Shown here in pieces: positions 1 through 10,692 of a stretch of DNA of 64,000 bases; within the stretch, counting starts at the first letter, position 1; each line of letters starts with the position of its first letter. Source of the DNA: an uncultured cyanobacterium (GTDB lineage Bacteria; Cyanobacteriota; Cyanobacteriia; CAKZMO01); the NCBI GenBank assembly GCA_963719515.1, contig CAVRCJ010000015.1, positions 64,001 through 128,000 of the forward strand. Reading direction: 5' to 3'. Below the pieces are notes generated by a model that saw nothing but the letters and a program-made list of their open reading frames with translations, ran no database searches and had not been told where the DNA came from. The translations under genes were made by a program, and so were the position numbers.

Positions 1-578
1 AACTTAATTTGACCGCTAGCGTTCAGCGTCGCATCGCTCGCTAACATCTGCAGCCCGTTGGGAACCGTCTGGATTTGGTCGTAGTTGAAGTCAGGGCCGC
101 TAAAGGTCTTGTAGTAAATCCAGGCGGACTCTGGCACAACCAGCTCGCCCTCGCCGTTAAATAGGGCCGGCATCCAGTAGGAAGACCGAGAATGGATGCC
201 CCCTTCGCAGCTTGAGCCGCCGCTCTCTCGCAGGGAGTTTGAGGTGCTAAAGGGACTGATGTCCGTGTTGCCAATAAACAGGTGGAGGTGCGACTTGTTC
301 GGCTGATTGGGAAAGATTACCGGGTCGAAGTATCCCCAGCCCGCAACAGGGCAGTAAATGCGAACGCCGTGGCCGCTGCGGGAGGTGACCTCGCCCAAAG
401 GAAGTTCAGAGGCGGCTGTGGTCCCCTGAGTAAATTGAATCAGCCCGCTATCGGCGGCGCAAAGCGGCAGCGTATTGCAGAGCTGCGCCGCTTGATTGGT
501 GGCGTTGGGAATTACCCAGGCGCTGAGCACCGCGATTAACAGGGCCAACGCTGCGTGAAGAAGAGGTTTACGGGTCAT
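1..578 (-). CDS. Secreted DUF1996-like protein; runs off the window's left edge and is absent from the ORF track
   Basis: ATG at 578 opens a frame that stays open to position 1. It begins MTRKPLLHAALALLIAVLSAW (signal-peptide-like) and contains FDPVIFPNQPNKSHLHLFIGN and SSCEGGIHSRSSYWMPAL, which match DUF1996 motifs as recalled. Confidence 0.7.
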   Translation of the reverse strand, partial: MTRKPLLHAALALLIAVLSAWVIPNATNQAAQLCNTLPLCAADSGLIQFTQGTTAASELPLGEVTSRSGHGVRIYCPVAGWGYFDPVIFPNQPNKSHLHLFIGNTDISPFSTSNSLRESGGSSCEGGIHSRSSYWMPALFNGEGELVVPESAWIYYKTFSGPDFNYDQIQTVPNGLQMLASDATLNASGQIK

Positions 579-665
579 GTTGGGGGGTGCGATGAAGGGC
601 CGAGTGGGATGCACCTCACAGCCGCTGGCGATCGCCGTCCTCTCCGTTGTAGCTCACGTCAGCGG

Positions 666-1736
666 CTACAGGCTACCCCGCTTCATTTGCTCACGCTCCA
701 TAGCCTCAAATAGCGCCTGAAAGTTCCCTTCGCCAAACCCCTCGGCCCGCTGCAGGGCTCCCTGGAGATCGTAGGTTTGGCGCTGAATTAGCTCGAAGAA
801 AAACGTCGGCTCATGGAAAATAGGCTGAGTAAAGGTCTGCAGCAGCAGCGTCTGGGGGCGATCGCGCTGCCAATCCACCAAAACTTCCTGCTGGGCGATC
901 GCGTCCCGCTGGGCGGGGGACAGGGAGAATCCAGCCCGCTCGGGGAGCGTCTCGTAGTACGCATTGGGCACCGCCAAAAACTTCAGCCCCTGCTGGCGCA
1001 GCTGGCGAACCAGGGTCACAATATTGGAGGTCTGCAGCGCGATATGCTGAATGCCTGTCCCCCGATTCACCTCCAGAAACTCTTGAATTTGAGAGGTGGG
1101 CGAAGTGGGTTCGTTGATGGGAAGCTGCAGGTTGCCTGCCGGGTGCTTTAGCACCTGACTATAGAGCGCCGAACGCTCGGTTTGAATCGCAAAGCTTTGA
1201 TGGCGGCGGAAGCCAAACGCCGCTTCGTACCACGCGACCGCCGAGGCCATTTCTCCTTGAGGCACGTTGAGCACCGCATGGTCAATGGCGGCAATCTGAG
1301 CCGGCGGGGCCGCAGCAGGCGGCAGCAGGTGCTTTGCCTCAATTAAAGTATGTCGCAGCGGCCCCCACCCTGAAACGCGGGTCCACCGGCACAGCCCTTG
1401 ATCGGTAATAGCGGCCTTGATTGGGCTGAATACTTTCGCGCCCTGAGCCGTAGCCGCAGACAGCACTACCTCTAAGCGGTCTACGAGGAACGCTAAATCG
1501 GCAACGCCGGAGGGATGCTGGCGGAGATAATTTGCGGCTGGACTCTCACTGCCCAGTGGAGACGAGAGCACGATGCACATCGCGCCAGAGCGCACTGCCC
1601 TAGTAAGGGTTTGGGGCTGACCGATGAAGGGAATGAACTGACTCTCGGGGGCCGCCTCAAAACTCAAATAGTGAATAAACCAGCGCTGCCATACGGCGGC
1701 ATCGTCAACGTAGAAATGAACGTGACTGAAGTTCAT
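666..1736 (-). CDS. hppD: 4-hydroxyphenylpyruvate dioxygenase
   Basis: IDHAVLNV, SQIQEFL..G.GIQHIAL, LLQTFTQP, FFELIQR and GFGEGNFQALFEAMEREQ motifs. Confidence 0.95.
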   Translation of the reverse strand: MNFSHVHFYVDDAAVWQRWFIHYLSFEAAPESQFIPFIGQPQTLTRAVRSGAMCIVLSSPLGSESPAANYLRQHPSGVADLAFLVDRLEVVLSAATAQGAKVFSPIKAAITDQGLCRWTRVSGWGPLRHTLIEAKHLLPPAAAPPAQIAAIDHAVLNVPQGEMASAVAWYEAAFGFRRHQSFAIQTERSALYSQVLKHPAGNLQLPINEPTSPTSQIQEFLEVNRGTGIQHIALQTSNIVTLVRQLRQQGLKFLAVPNAYYETLPERAGFSLSPAQRDAIAQQEVLVDWQRDRPQTLLLQTFTQPIFHEPTFFFELIQRQTYDLQGALQRAEGFGEGNFQALFEAMEREQMKRGSL

Positions 1737-1765
1737 GCGACATCGATAGTGGGGCCGTTCAGATC

Positions 1766-2299
1766 TTAGCGCCCAGACCCCAATTCGCCAGGGCTGCCCG
1801 GCTCCGGCTGAACAAACTGAACCGGGCGCTGTCCCGGCACGGCCTGGTTGCCCAGCTCCCGCTGGTTAATGAGCGATCGCTGTGGATCGAAATAGGTGTT
1901 GAAGTTTTGCCGTAGATCGCCGACGCGCTGGTCCAAGGCATCAACTTCAGACTGCAGCACCTGGAGCTTTGCGCGCTGGGCAATGTGGTGGGGAACCAGC
2001 TTGACAATGGCGGCGGTGGCGGCAGCGACGATCACAAGATTGACGCTCAGCAGGATGCCCATTTCTAGCGCGATGCCCCGCTGCCTAATCTGCACCCTCG
2101 ATGAGTGCTGTCGCCCCCTGGGCTGAGGCTTGAGGGGACGCCGGGCAGGCTGATGCGTCTTGGATTGACGTGTATTGGATTGGGGCGCGTTATACTGGGG
2201 CGCGTTATACTGGGGCGCATTGGATTGACGTGCCGCAGGCTGATGCGGCGTGGCGCGTTGGGGGGAGGAAGATCGCTTTCGCCGAGGAGCCGCAGACAT
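1766..2299 (-). CDS. Conserved cyanobacterial single-TM coiled-coil protein (FtsL-like, putative cell division)
   Basis: Basic disordered N-terminus with QYNAP repeats, one TM helix, then a coiled coil ending ..NFNTYFDPQ; sits directly upstream of hppD. Confidence 0.6.
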   Translation of the reverse strand: MSAAPRRKRSSSPQRATPHQPAARQSNAPQYNAPQYNAPQSNTRQSKTHQPARRPLKPQPRGRQHSSRVQIRQRGIALEMGILLSVNLVIVAAATAAIVKLVPHHIAQRAKLQVLQSEVDALDQRVGDLRQNFNTYFDPQRSLINQRELGNQAVPGQRPVQFVQPEPGSPGELGSGR

Positions 2300-2892
2300 A
2301 AGCGTTTGACCAGTTTGACTGACGGTACGGTACAGAGGGCTGAATGAGCTTAGGCTTACAGGATAGGCTTACAGGGTATACCAAAACTAGCCTAAAAATC
2401 GGAGAGGGAGCGCCCTGCTAGACAGGGCACTCCTTCAAACAGACTGTGCTGCCTTAGCGGCTTACTTGTAAAGTTCGGTAGACAGACGGAAGGCAAGGAT
2501 GCCGGGGATAAGGGCGACAGCAAGCGCAGCAAGAATTTGGGTATCGGATAGAGACATAGCTTAAACACTCCAAAGTTATCTAATAGTATTAGTATCACTA
2601 ATCGGCATCTTGCTCGCCACCTCAAACCTGCTGCGAGGAACAAAGCACCAATTCTCCCTAATTTCATCTAATCTGCGATCGCACGGACCGTTTTGTTACA
2701 GTCCTTAATAGAAGTCGAGCCGTCACGGGCCGCATAAGCCAACGGCGCGACGACAATCTATTGCTCTTGAAGGAGTTTATATTTGGCTATTTGAGGCTTA
2801 GAGCCGATTTATGAGTCACCTGAAAGGGGGATGTGAGGTAGGTTACACCGCTAGTCAGCGCGGTAATGCTTCAATAGAAAAACAATTTTTGA

Positions 2893-3627
2893 GTGAAGAC
2901 GACGCTTCCGCATAGTCAGAACAGTCAAAATCAGACCTCAGCGAGTACAACGATAACCAGCGTGATTGTTCCATCAAACGAGTCAAAACCTACTCGGTTA
3001 GAGTTTGACCGCCAGGTCCGTCGAATACAGCGTGACGTCTTGCGTATGGGGGCCCTAGTCGAAAGTTCGTTTTGGCTGGCCTGTCAGGCCCTATTTGAGC
3101 GCAATTTAGCGGCGGTAGATCAGATCAAAGTTCAAGAAAAGCATATTGACGAGTTCTACCGGCAAATTGAGGTGGACTGCATCAATTTGATGGGGCTTCA
3201 GGCTCCGGTCAGCCGAGATTTACGGCTGCTTAGCGCCATCATGCAGCTGGTGCGAGATTTAGAGCGAATCGGTGACTATGCCGATGACTTGGGCGAAATT
3301 TCGCTCAAACTCCTTCCCTATCCCCCCCATGCGGTCTTGTCTAAGATTCAGGTCATGGCCAATCGGTGTCGCGCCATGCTGGCGATGAGTTTAGCGGCTC
3401 TCTCTGACCTCGACGCCGAGTCGGGGCTAGATTTAAAGGTGGAGGACGATAGAGTTGATGACGACTACGATACCCTCTACGATGAACTTGCCAACCAGCG
3501 CGATATTAAGGGCACTATTGAACCTATTATTTTGATGGTGCTGGTCATCCGGCATTTAGAGAGAATGGCAGACCACGCAACCAACATCGGTAGGCGGGTC
3601 GCCTATGTGGTCACAGGCCAGCGCTAA
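2893..3627 (+). CDS. phoU: Phosphate signalling protein PhoU
   Basis: QAPVSRDLR, DLERIGDYA and RHLERMADHATNI repeat motifs. Confidence 0.95.
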   Translation: MKTTLPHSQNSQNQTSASTTITSVIVPSNESKPTRLEFDRQVRRIQRDVLRMGALVESSFWLACQALFERNLAAVDQIKVQEKHIDEFYRQIEVDCINLMGLQAPVSRDLRLLSAIMQLVRDLERIGDYADDLGEISLKLLPYPPHAVLSKIQVMANRCRAMLAMSLAALSDLDAESGLDLKVEDDRVDDDYDTLYDELANQRDIKGTIEPIILMVLVIRHLERMADHATNIGRRVAYVVTGQR

Positions 3628-3955
3628 ACGGCTTCAGCTGGCTCAATTCTGGAGGCGATCGCCTTCCAAATGGCCAAGATTTCTATCCATACCTCATGGT
3701 TTGGTGGGCAAAACTTGTGCGCTCGTCGCAGAACATGGCTAAAATAGAGTGCTTGTCTTCATGGTGACGTCGAGAACGATGGCGTTGAGATTGCAGGCGT
3801 AGCTTGAGTAACGATACCGATCAGCGAGATGACGTGTTTCACGAATAGGGTGGACGATACCGCAGTCTTTTGCATCTACCCCATTCACGTTGCGCTGAAT
3901 TGAGAGAACTGATCCACAGACAATTTTCAAGGATTATCTAAGGAACGAGCGCCAC

Positions 3956-6415
3956 ATGAACTTTTCGATTGCAACGCTGTTAGCCAACTTTACAGATGAC
4001 AAGCTAGTTGCCCCCAAGGCGTTAGAGAAAAAGCTCAACTGTGAAGGAGATGAGAGCGCCCGTAAGCTACAGATTGCACTAGATGCCCTAGAAAAGATTG
4101 AAATTTTGAGCAAGGAGCGGGGGCGCTACCGGCGCAACGTTCAAGAAGACCTGATTGAAGGTAAGCTGCGCTGCTCAAGCAAAGGCTTTTGCTTCGCCAT
4201 TCAAAGCGATGAGACCTCAGAAGACATCTACATTCGCGAAAGTCAGCTGAACACGGCCTGGAACGGCGACTATGTTTTGGTGAAGGTCACCAAAGACGGC
4301 ACCCGTCGCCGCAGCCCTGAAGGAGAGGTGAAGCTGATTTTGGAGCGGGCCAATCAGTCCGTTTTGGGACGCGTCAAGCAGGTCGAAGAGAGCTTCCAGG
4401 CGGTGCCATTAGACGATCGCCTCCTGTTTGAGCTAGACCTAAAGCCCAACGGTACGGCGCTAGAGGAATCGGTTGACAAGCTGGTGCACGTCGAGATTTT
4501 GCGCTATCCGCTGGGTCAGAATCCTCCCTTGGGTCGAGTAGCGCAGGTCTTGGGCATTGACGCCGAAACCGCCTCGGATATCGATATCGTACGCTGCAAG
4601 CATGACCTGCCGCGCGGGTTCTCGGAGGAGGCTGACCGCGAGGCGAAGAAGCTGCCCACGAAGCTGCGCAAGAGTGACCAGACCGGACGGTTGGACCTGA
4701 GGGAGCTGCCCACCGTGCGCATCTCCGGCCCCCACGTCACCGATAACCCCGCCCTAGACGATGCCCTGTCCGTACAGGTTTTAGACGATGAGCGCTGGCA
4801 GGTGGGGGTGCATATTGCCGATATCTCTCACTACATCGAGCCTGACTCGGCGCTAGACCAAGAGGCGCGATCGCGGGGCACTTCGATCCATCTAGGCGAG
4901 ACGGTGCTGCCGCTGTTGCCCGAGCTAGTGTATCGCCGCTGCTCGCTGACCCCCGAGAGCGATCGCCTCACCATATCCGTACTGATTACCCTCGACAGCG
5001 AGGGGAACGTAGTTGAGTTTGAAATTCAGCCCACTATTATCAACGTCAACTACGAGATCGATTACCTGCAGGCCCAGGCCATTATTGAGCGGGATGCACC
5101 GTCCCCCCAAGGCACCGCGCAGGACGGCACCGATGGGCAAGATAGCGCCGGCGATGACGGAGAGGCTGCGCCCAGGCCTTACCAGCTGCCTACCCTAGAA
5201 GACATCAAGCCCTTCGAGCCCGTCTTTTCCGTGCTCGACCAGCTGATGGCTCTCAGCAAGGCTGTTGCAGAGCAGCGTCACCAGCGGGGAGCCTTTGAGC
5301 TAAACCTGCCGGAGAAGCTCTTGCCGGAGACCTCAGATACTGGTCTCGGGAAGTACTTTTCCACCAAGTTTGAGTACGACGACGAAGGGGCGCTGGGGGC
5401 CATGGTGGTCTCCTCCCTGCTGCCCGCTCGCTCGATTGTCATTGAGCTGATGATTTTGGCCAACCAGCTGGTAGCCTCTCACCTCCAGGCGCTTGAGGTG
5501 CCTACGATCTACCGGGTGCACCGGGCTCCTGACCCCGCCAACGTCCAAGAGCTGCTCAAGCTAGTGGGCAATATGGACATTGACCCCACTCTAGAGCAGG
5601 AAGATCGGGTGCAGCCCCGGGACTACCGGCGCTTGACCCAGCAGTTTGCCCAGTCTCAGGCCGAAAAGGTGCTGACCTACCTGCTGCTCGACACCCTAAA
5701 GCCCGCCAACTACAGCGTTAAGCCTGGCCCCCACTTCGGCCTTGCCCTCGACGACGGCTACACTCACTTCACCTCTCCTCTACGGCGCTACCCCGACCTA
5801 TTGGTCCACCGGGTGCTGCACGCGATCTTTTCCCAAGGCCGCGATCGCCGCTCTGCCCGCTCTAAAGAGCGAGTGAATCTGCGCCACTCATCTTGCCACG
5901 GTAAGGTGAGCTGGAACGTGCTGCCCACCAAGCGACAGGGCGAGCTTGAAGAGATGTTTGTCGCCGTAGTCGGCCATCTCACCGACCAAGAGCGCAAAGC
6001 GCAGGACGCCGAGGCGGACCTAGAGGGCCTCAAAAAGGCCGAGTTCATGCAGCAGCACACCGGCTCTTCCTTCCACGGTTTGATCACTGGGGTGCAGTCC
6101 TACGGCTTCTTCGTGGAAATCGAAGAGCTGCTGGTAGAAGGCTTAGTACATGTCAGCTCCCTCAAAGATGACTGGTACGAATACCGCTCTCGCCAGCAAA
6201 AGCTGGTGGGCCGCAAAAATCGCAAGCAGTACCGCCTGGGCGATCGCGTTGAGGTGCAGGTGAAGAGCGTTGACTACTATCGCCAGCAGATTGACCTGGT
6301 GGCCGTGGGCGGCGGCAGCGAGGCAGCGGAAGGCGACCTAGAGGACGATGAGTTCGATGAGGATGGCAACGGCCAGAATGACGGTGACGACGGCGACAAC
6401 GGCTACGAGGATTAG
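3956..6415 (+). CDS. rnr: Ribonuclease R family (RNB domain plus C-terminal S1; cyanobacterial Zam-like)
   Basis: LDDALS, VHIADISHY, YTHFTSPLRRYPDL and S1-domain GLVHVSSL motifs. Confidence 0.9.
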   Translation: MNFSIATLLANFTDDKLVAPKALEKKLNCEGDESARKLQIALDALEKIEILSKERGRYRRNVQEDLIEGKLRCSSKGFCFAIQSDETSEDIYIRESQLNTAWNGDYVLVKVTKDGTRRRSPEGEVKLILERANQSVLGRVKQVEESFQAVPLDDRLLFELDLKPNGTALEESVDKLVHVEILRYPLGQNPPLGRVAQVLGIDAETASDIDIVRCKHDLPRGFSEEADREAKKLPTKLRKSDQTGRLDLRELPTVRISGPHVTDNPALDDALSVQVLDDERWQVGVHIADISHYIEPDSALDQEARSRGTSIHLGETVLPLLPELVYRRCSLTPESDRLTISVLITLDSEGNVVEFEIQPTIINVNYEIDYLQAQAIIERDAPSPQGTAQDGTDGQDSAGDDGEAAPRPYQLPTLEDIKPFEPVFSVLDQLMALSKAVAEQRHQRGAFELNLPEKLLPETSDTGLGKYFSTKFEYDDEGALGAMVVSSLLPARSIVIELMILANQLVASHLQALEVPTIYRVHRAPDPANVQELLKLVGNMDIDPTLEQEDRVQPRDYRRLTQQFAQSQAEKVLTYLLLDTLKPANYSVKPGPHFGLALDDGYTHFTSPLRRYPDLLVHRVLHAIFSQGRDRRSARSKERVNLRHSSCHGKVSWNVLPTKRQGELEEMFVAVVGHLTDQERKAQDAEADLEGLKKAEFMQQHTGSSFHGLITGVQSYGFFVEIEELLVEGLVHVSSLKDDWYEYRSRQQKLVGRKNRKQYRLGDRVEVQVKSVDYYRQQIDLVAVGGGSEAAEGDLEDDEFDEDGNGQNDGDDGDNGYED

Positions 6416-6457
6416 AACCCTGTCTATTTCGTAGGCTCCGTCGAAAACCCACATTTT

Positions 6458-6486
6458 GTACGGACATGGCAGTGCCATGTCTCTGC
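6458..6486. repeat. Degenerate REP-like palindrome
   Basis: GTACGGACATGGCA-G-TGCCATGTCTCTGC, with a perfect core GACATGGCA/TGCCATGTC, between rnr and ubiX. Confidence 0.5.
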
Positions 6487-6511
6487 GCCTGTTTAACCTA
6501 CGGACGATGCT

Positions 6512-7150
6512 GTGTCTACAACTAATCCTCTCATTCTGGGCGTTACCGGGGCCTCTGGCCTGATTTACGCCGTCCGCGCCGTCAAGTTTCTGCTGCAGGC
6601 CGACTATGCCGTTGAGCTAGTGGCCTCAAAGTCTGCCTACATGGTGTGGCAAGCCGAAGATGGGGTTCGGATGCCCGTCGAGGCTGAGCAGCAAGAGCAG
6701 TTTTGGCGGGAGCAGGCTGGGGGGGAGACCGCAGGTAAGCTCCACTGTCATCCCTGGGGAGACGTGGGGGCCTCCATCGCCAGCGGCTCTTTTCCAACGC
6801 AGGGAATGCTAATCATGCCCTGCAGCATGAGTACCGTGGCCAAGATCGCCAACGGACTCAGCTCCGATTTGCTGGAGCGAGCGGCAGATGTGCAGCTTAA
6901 GGAAGAAGGGAGACGGCTGGTTGTTGTGCCTCGGGAAACGCCTTTTAGCCTGATTCACCTGCGGAATTTGACGAGGCTGGCTGAGGCGGGCGTGCGCATT
7001 GTTCCGGCAATTCCCGCGTGGTACCACCATCCCCAAACCATAGATGACTTAGTTGACTTCGTGGTGGCGAGAGCGTTAGATCAGTTCGACATCAACTGTG
7101 TCCCTCTCAATCGATGGCAGGGTCATTTAGAGGCTGACACTCAGCGATAA
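6512..7150 (+). CDS. ubiX: Flavin prenyltransferase UbiX
   Basis: GVTGASG, IASGS, PCSMSTVAKIA, ERAADVQLKE and PRETP motifs. Confidence 0.95.
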   Translation: MSTTNPLILGVTGASGLIYAVRAVKFLLQADYAVELVASKSAYMVWQAEDGVRMPVEAEQQEQFWREQAGGETAGKLHCHPWGDVGASIASGSFPTQGMLIMPCSMSTVAKIANGLSSDLLERAADVQLKEEGRRLVVVPRETPFSLIHLRNLTRLAEAGVRIVPAIPAWYHHPQTIDDLVDFVVARALDQFDINCVPLNRWQGHLEADTQR

Positions 7151-7238
7151 GATTCACCGATGGGCCAATATAGTAGTTGAGGGGACGTCAGGAACTGGGG
7201 AAGAGCGTCGCCAATCAGTCGCAATTTGGAAAACAGCC

Positions 7239-8800
7239 ATGGCGCTACTCGTTGGTCTACTGATTCTAATTGCTCTGGCAGCCTTTGCAGTGGAGAATTG
7301 GTCTCCGGCAGTGCCGCTAGTCATTTTGGGGACGCAGACGACGGCGCTGCCTATGGCCCTTTGGGTGATTGGCGCGCTGCTGGCTGGAGCGCTTACGGTG
7401 CTAGCGATCGCCGCCCTGCTGCAGCTGATCAGCTCTCCCAATGGACCGCGCCCTCCCCGAGGTGATCGCTACGGCGACGAGGACCGGCAGCGTTATGTGG
7501 TGGACCCGCCTCCAGACGATCGCGGGCCGTCGCGCTGGGCCAATCGGGCCAACCCCTATGTGGATGAAGTCCGGGCGGTCGATGTTCAAGACGATTACGG
7601 AGAGGAGTCCTTGGGCCAGGACGAGGTATATCGCTCTTTTGCTGATAGAGGAAAATCAACGGACTCGATGCCCCAAAGTGACAGCTGGGATAGTTTTGTT
7701 CAACCCCGGCAGGACTGGGGCGACTGGGAAACAGAGCCTCGCCGCTCGCAGTTCTCCCAAGGCGATCGCAGTCAGCGGCCCCGTGAGCAGGGCTACCGCA
7801 GCGAGCAATATCGCGACGAAGGATACCGTAACAGCCAAGTGCTAGAGGTCACCCCCATTGACGTGAGGCCCGTCACTGAGAACGATCGCGATCGCCAAGA
7901 TGGCGGCGACGAGGCAGGCTGGAACGACTGGAATGGCTACGAAGAGCCCGCGCCTCCCTCAACTCCAACTATCAATAGGCCTCGAGGCTACGATCCTTCC
8001 CCCCTGTCCGTGAGCCCCGCGAAACTTACCGGGCTGCTTCTGTTCAATATGAGGAGCCCCGGTACGAGGAGCCCCGGTACGAAGAGCCGCGGTACGAGGA
8101 GCCGCAGTACGAGGAGCCGCAGTACGAGGAGCCGCAGTACGAGACAGAGGACGAGGAAGGGTTCAGCTCAGGCTATGGCGCTGAATCCGCCTATGAGCCG
8201 CCCTACGAACCCGCTAGCTCTCGCTACGCGGATAGTCGTACTGGCGGCGATCGCGCCCGCAATGATAGTCCTACTGACGATCCCGTCAGCAAAGCTGACA
8301 CCGATTACGAAGACTACATCGTCGACCTGGGCAGCGAGGAGGAAATCGACCAGTTCACCCTGAAAACTCCGCGCCAGAGGGCCGGAGCCAACTTCAACCA
8401 GGATGAGAGTAGCGCAGCTGCCGGCAGCGCTGACGAAGAGGACTGGGACGATTGGGAGGACGACTCGCCGAGCGATTCCACCCCTGCAGATGCTCCGCCT
8501 CTACGAGATATTGTTGAGATACCGGCAAAGCCCAAAGCCGTCTCCCGCTCAGGTTCAATTTATTCCTATCGCTACCGCAACGATGAGCCGCAAGAGCCGA
8601 TCATAGAGACAAGCGTCGACCCCTTAGAAGAGCTTGACTCAGCCCGCGCCCTAGACGACTCTGACACAAGCTTTGGCGACACTGACGATAGCGCTGAGGT
8701 CCCTTCTGATCCCGATTCGGGGAGTCCCCGCCGCATCTTCACGCCCCCCTATCGCCCAGACCCACCTAGCTCCAACATTTCAAGCCCTGACCCGACATGA
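7239..8800 (+). CDS. LapA/DUF1049-like membrane protein with a long acidic disordered tail; single-base frameshift near 7999-8004
   Basis: Two N-terminal TM helices. After the C6 run the -1 frame is open to TGA at 8798-8800 (YEEPR/YEEPQ repeats, WDDWED, RSGSIYSYRYR), and this stop overlaps the next ATG as ATGA. Confidence 0.7.
8048..8137 (+). repeat. 15-bp tandem repeat, six copies, encoding YEEP(R/Q)
   Basis: TAYGARGAGCCSCRG repeated six times. Confidence 0.95.
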
Positions 8801-9639
8801 CGAGCGTGCTGATTGTCAGTTTCTACAAATTTATCTCCTTGTCCGACTACGCTGAGCAGCAGGAAAAGCTGCTCGACGTCTGTGAGATTCATGGCGTTAA
8901 AGGAACCATCTTGCTGGCGGAAGAAGGCATCAACGGCACAATCGCTGGGGCTCCTCTTGATGTGAGGGCTGTACTAGCTCATCTACGGGCAGACCCTCGA
9001 TTCAAAGATCTAGAGCACAAGGAGGCTGACGCTTCAGCGCCGCCGTTTGAGCGGCTGAAAGTGCGGCTGAAGACTGAATTAGTTCCTTTAGGAATTGAAA
9101 CTGACCCAGAGGAGGCAGGCATCTACGTATCGCCAGAGCGCTGGAATCAGCTGATCCAAGATCCGGAGGTGGTGCTGATTGACACGCGCAACGAATATGA
9201 GGTAGCGATCGGCAGCTTTAAGGGAGCTCTCAATCCCGACATTGCTTCGTTTCGTGAGTTCCCTCAGTATGCTGAGCAACACCTTGACCCGGCCCAGCAT
9301 CGCAAGGTCGCTATGTTTTGCACCGGGGGAATTCGCTGCGAGAAGGCGACAGCTTTTCTGCGACGGCGAGGGTTTGATGAGGTGTATCACCTAAAGGGCG
9401 GCATCTTGGCGTATCTGAATCAGGTGCCGGAGGGGGAAAGTCTGTGGGATGGGGAATGCTTTGTGTTTGACCAGCGGGTGGCGGTAGCTCATAGGCTACA
9501 GCCAGGGACGCATGTGCTGTGCTACGCCTGCGGTAATCCGGTATCGCTAGAGGAGCAATCTTCCCCGAAGTATGAACCGGCGGTGAGCTGTCCGCGCTGT
9601 TATCACCACGAAAGGCGATCGCAGTCCCTAGAACCGTGA
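8797..9639 (+). CDS. trhO: Rhodanese-domain tRNA uridine(34) hydroxylase TrhO (UPF0176/YceA family)
   Basis: GTILLAEEGINGTI, DTRNEYE, MFCTGGIRCEKAT, LKGGILAY and CFVFDQRV motifs. Confidence 0.9.
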   Translation: MTSVLIVSFYKFISLSDYAEQQEKLLDVCEIHGVKGTILLAEEGINGTIAGAPLDVRAVLAHLRADPRFKDLEHKEADASAPPFERLKVRLKTELVPLGIETDPEEAGIYVSPERWNQLIQDPEVVLIDTRNEYEVAIGSFKGALNPDIASFREFPQYAEQHLDPAQHRKVAMFCTGGIRCEKATAFLRRRGFDEVYHLKGGILAYLNQVPEGESLWDGECFVFDQRVAVAHRLQPGTHVLCYACGNPVSLEEQSSPKYEPAVSCPRCYHHERRSQSLEP

Positions 9640-9732
9640 GAATTCATTCCACCGGTATGGTTCGACAATAGACAAAGCGGTGGCATAAGCGCGTTCGGTA
9701 AGCTGCGGAGATGGGAGCGATCGCCTGCTAGC

Positions 9733-10692
9733 CTATTTTTTGACTCGCCGCTTAAAAGATTTAGCAGAAACGACGATTTTCTCGGCGATGGCAAAACCAA
9801 AAACTCTCTCTAGAACCTTATACGAAATTGTTCTATTAGAGCCCTTTGGTCTGAACTCCGGCGAGAGTTCGAGAGCGGCTTCCAGATAAGTCTTGTACTT
9901 TGACCTATCTAAATCAAGGTAACTTCGTGCGGTTTGAAAAAGAAATTGTGCTGTTGCCTCCTTATATACAGGGGTGAGTCTCCCTTGAGAAATTAGCTCG
10001 TGCTTATGCTTCTCGAGAATTCTGATACGGTTTTCTAGATGCCTCTCCTTGGAAGAAGTTGAAACTGTACAATCACCGTAGCGTCTGTAGACTGAATAAC
10101 AACCAGGTTGATATTCGACTTTGGCACCACTCACTGCTGCCGCCAAGAAGAAGTCTTTGTCCTGTCCCGAGGTCAAGCTTTCGTCCCATCCTCCTATGGC
10201 CTCGACAGTAGAGCGGTCAAACAAGATACATGCAGGCGAAACCCACCAACCTGATAGAAGCGCAGCTAAAATATCTTGATGATACCCAGAGACTTCAACC
10301 TTACCTAGTTCAACTTTACCGTTGGGATAGTGGTGCTGGTGCTGCCAGTCTCCATAAACAACGTCTGCACTAGTCCTCTGCAGATATTCAACTTGATGCT
10401 GAATTTTTTCAGGGTGCAGATAATCATCAGCGTCTAGATATTGAATGTACTTTCCAGCGGAAAGAGAAAATCCAAGATTGCGTGCATGGTTGCCTCCTCT
10501 ATTAGCTCCCGTTCTCCAAGTAATCCTATCGCCGTACTTTTTGATAATATCCAGTGAGGTATCTGTTGAGCCATCGTCAATCACGATAACTTCGAGTGGA
10601 TTATATTTCTGTCCAAGAGCGCTTTCAATAGCTTCTTGAATCCACTTCTCTGCGTTGTAGCAAGGAATTATAATGGAAATTAGGGGTTGCAT
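9733..10692 (-). CDS. Glycosyltransferase family 2
   Basis: SIIIPCYN, IDDGSTD, ARNLG and LDADD motifs; visibly AT-richer than its neighbours. Confidence 0.92.
   Translation of the reverse strand: MQPLISIIIPCYNAEKWIQEAIESALGQKYNPLEVIVIDDGSTDTSLDIIKKYGDRITWRTGANRGGNHARNLGFSLSAGKYIQYLDADDYLHPEKIQHQVEYLQRTSADVVYGDWQHQHHYPNGKVELGKVEVSGYHQDILAALLSGWWVSPACILFDRSTVEAIGGWDESLTSGQDKDFFLAAAVSGAKVEYQPGCYSVYRRYGDCTVSTSSKERHLENRIRILEKHKHELISQGRLTPVYKEATAQFLFQTARSYLDLDRSKYKTYLEAALELSPEFRPKGSNRTISYKVLERVFGFAIAEKIVVSAKSFKRRVKK

Noticed and set aside
2300..2892. Small ORFs or a Pho box in the long spacer before phoU
   Set aside because: The ORFs lack motifs and RBS. Only a 12-bp direct repeat (TAGGCTTACAGG at 2351 and 2364) was seen, which is not a convincing Pho box.
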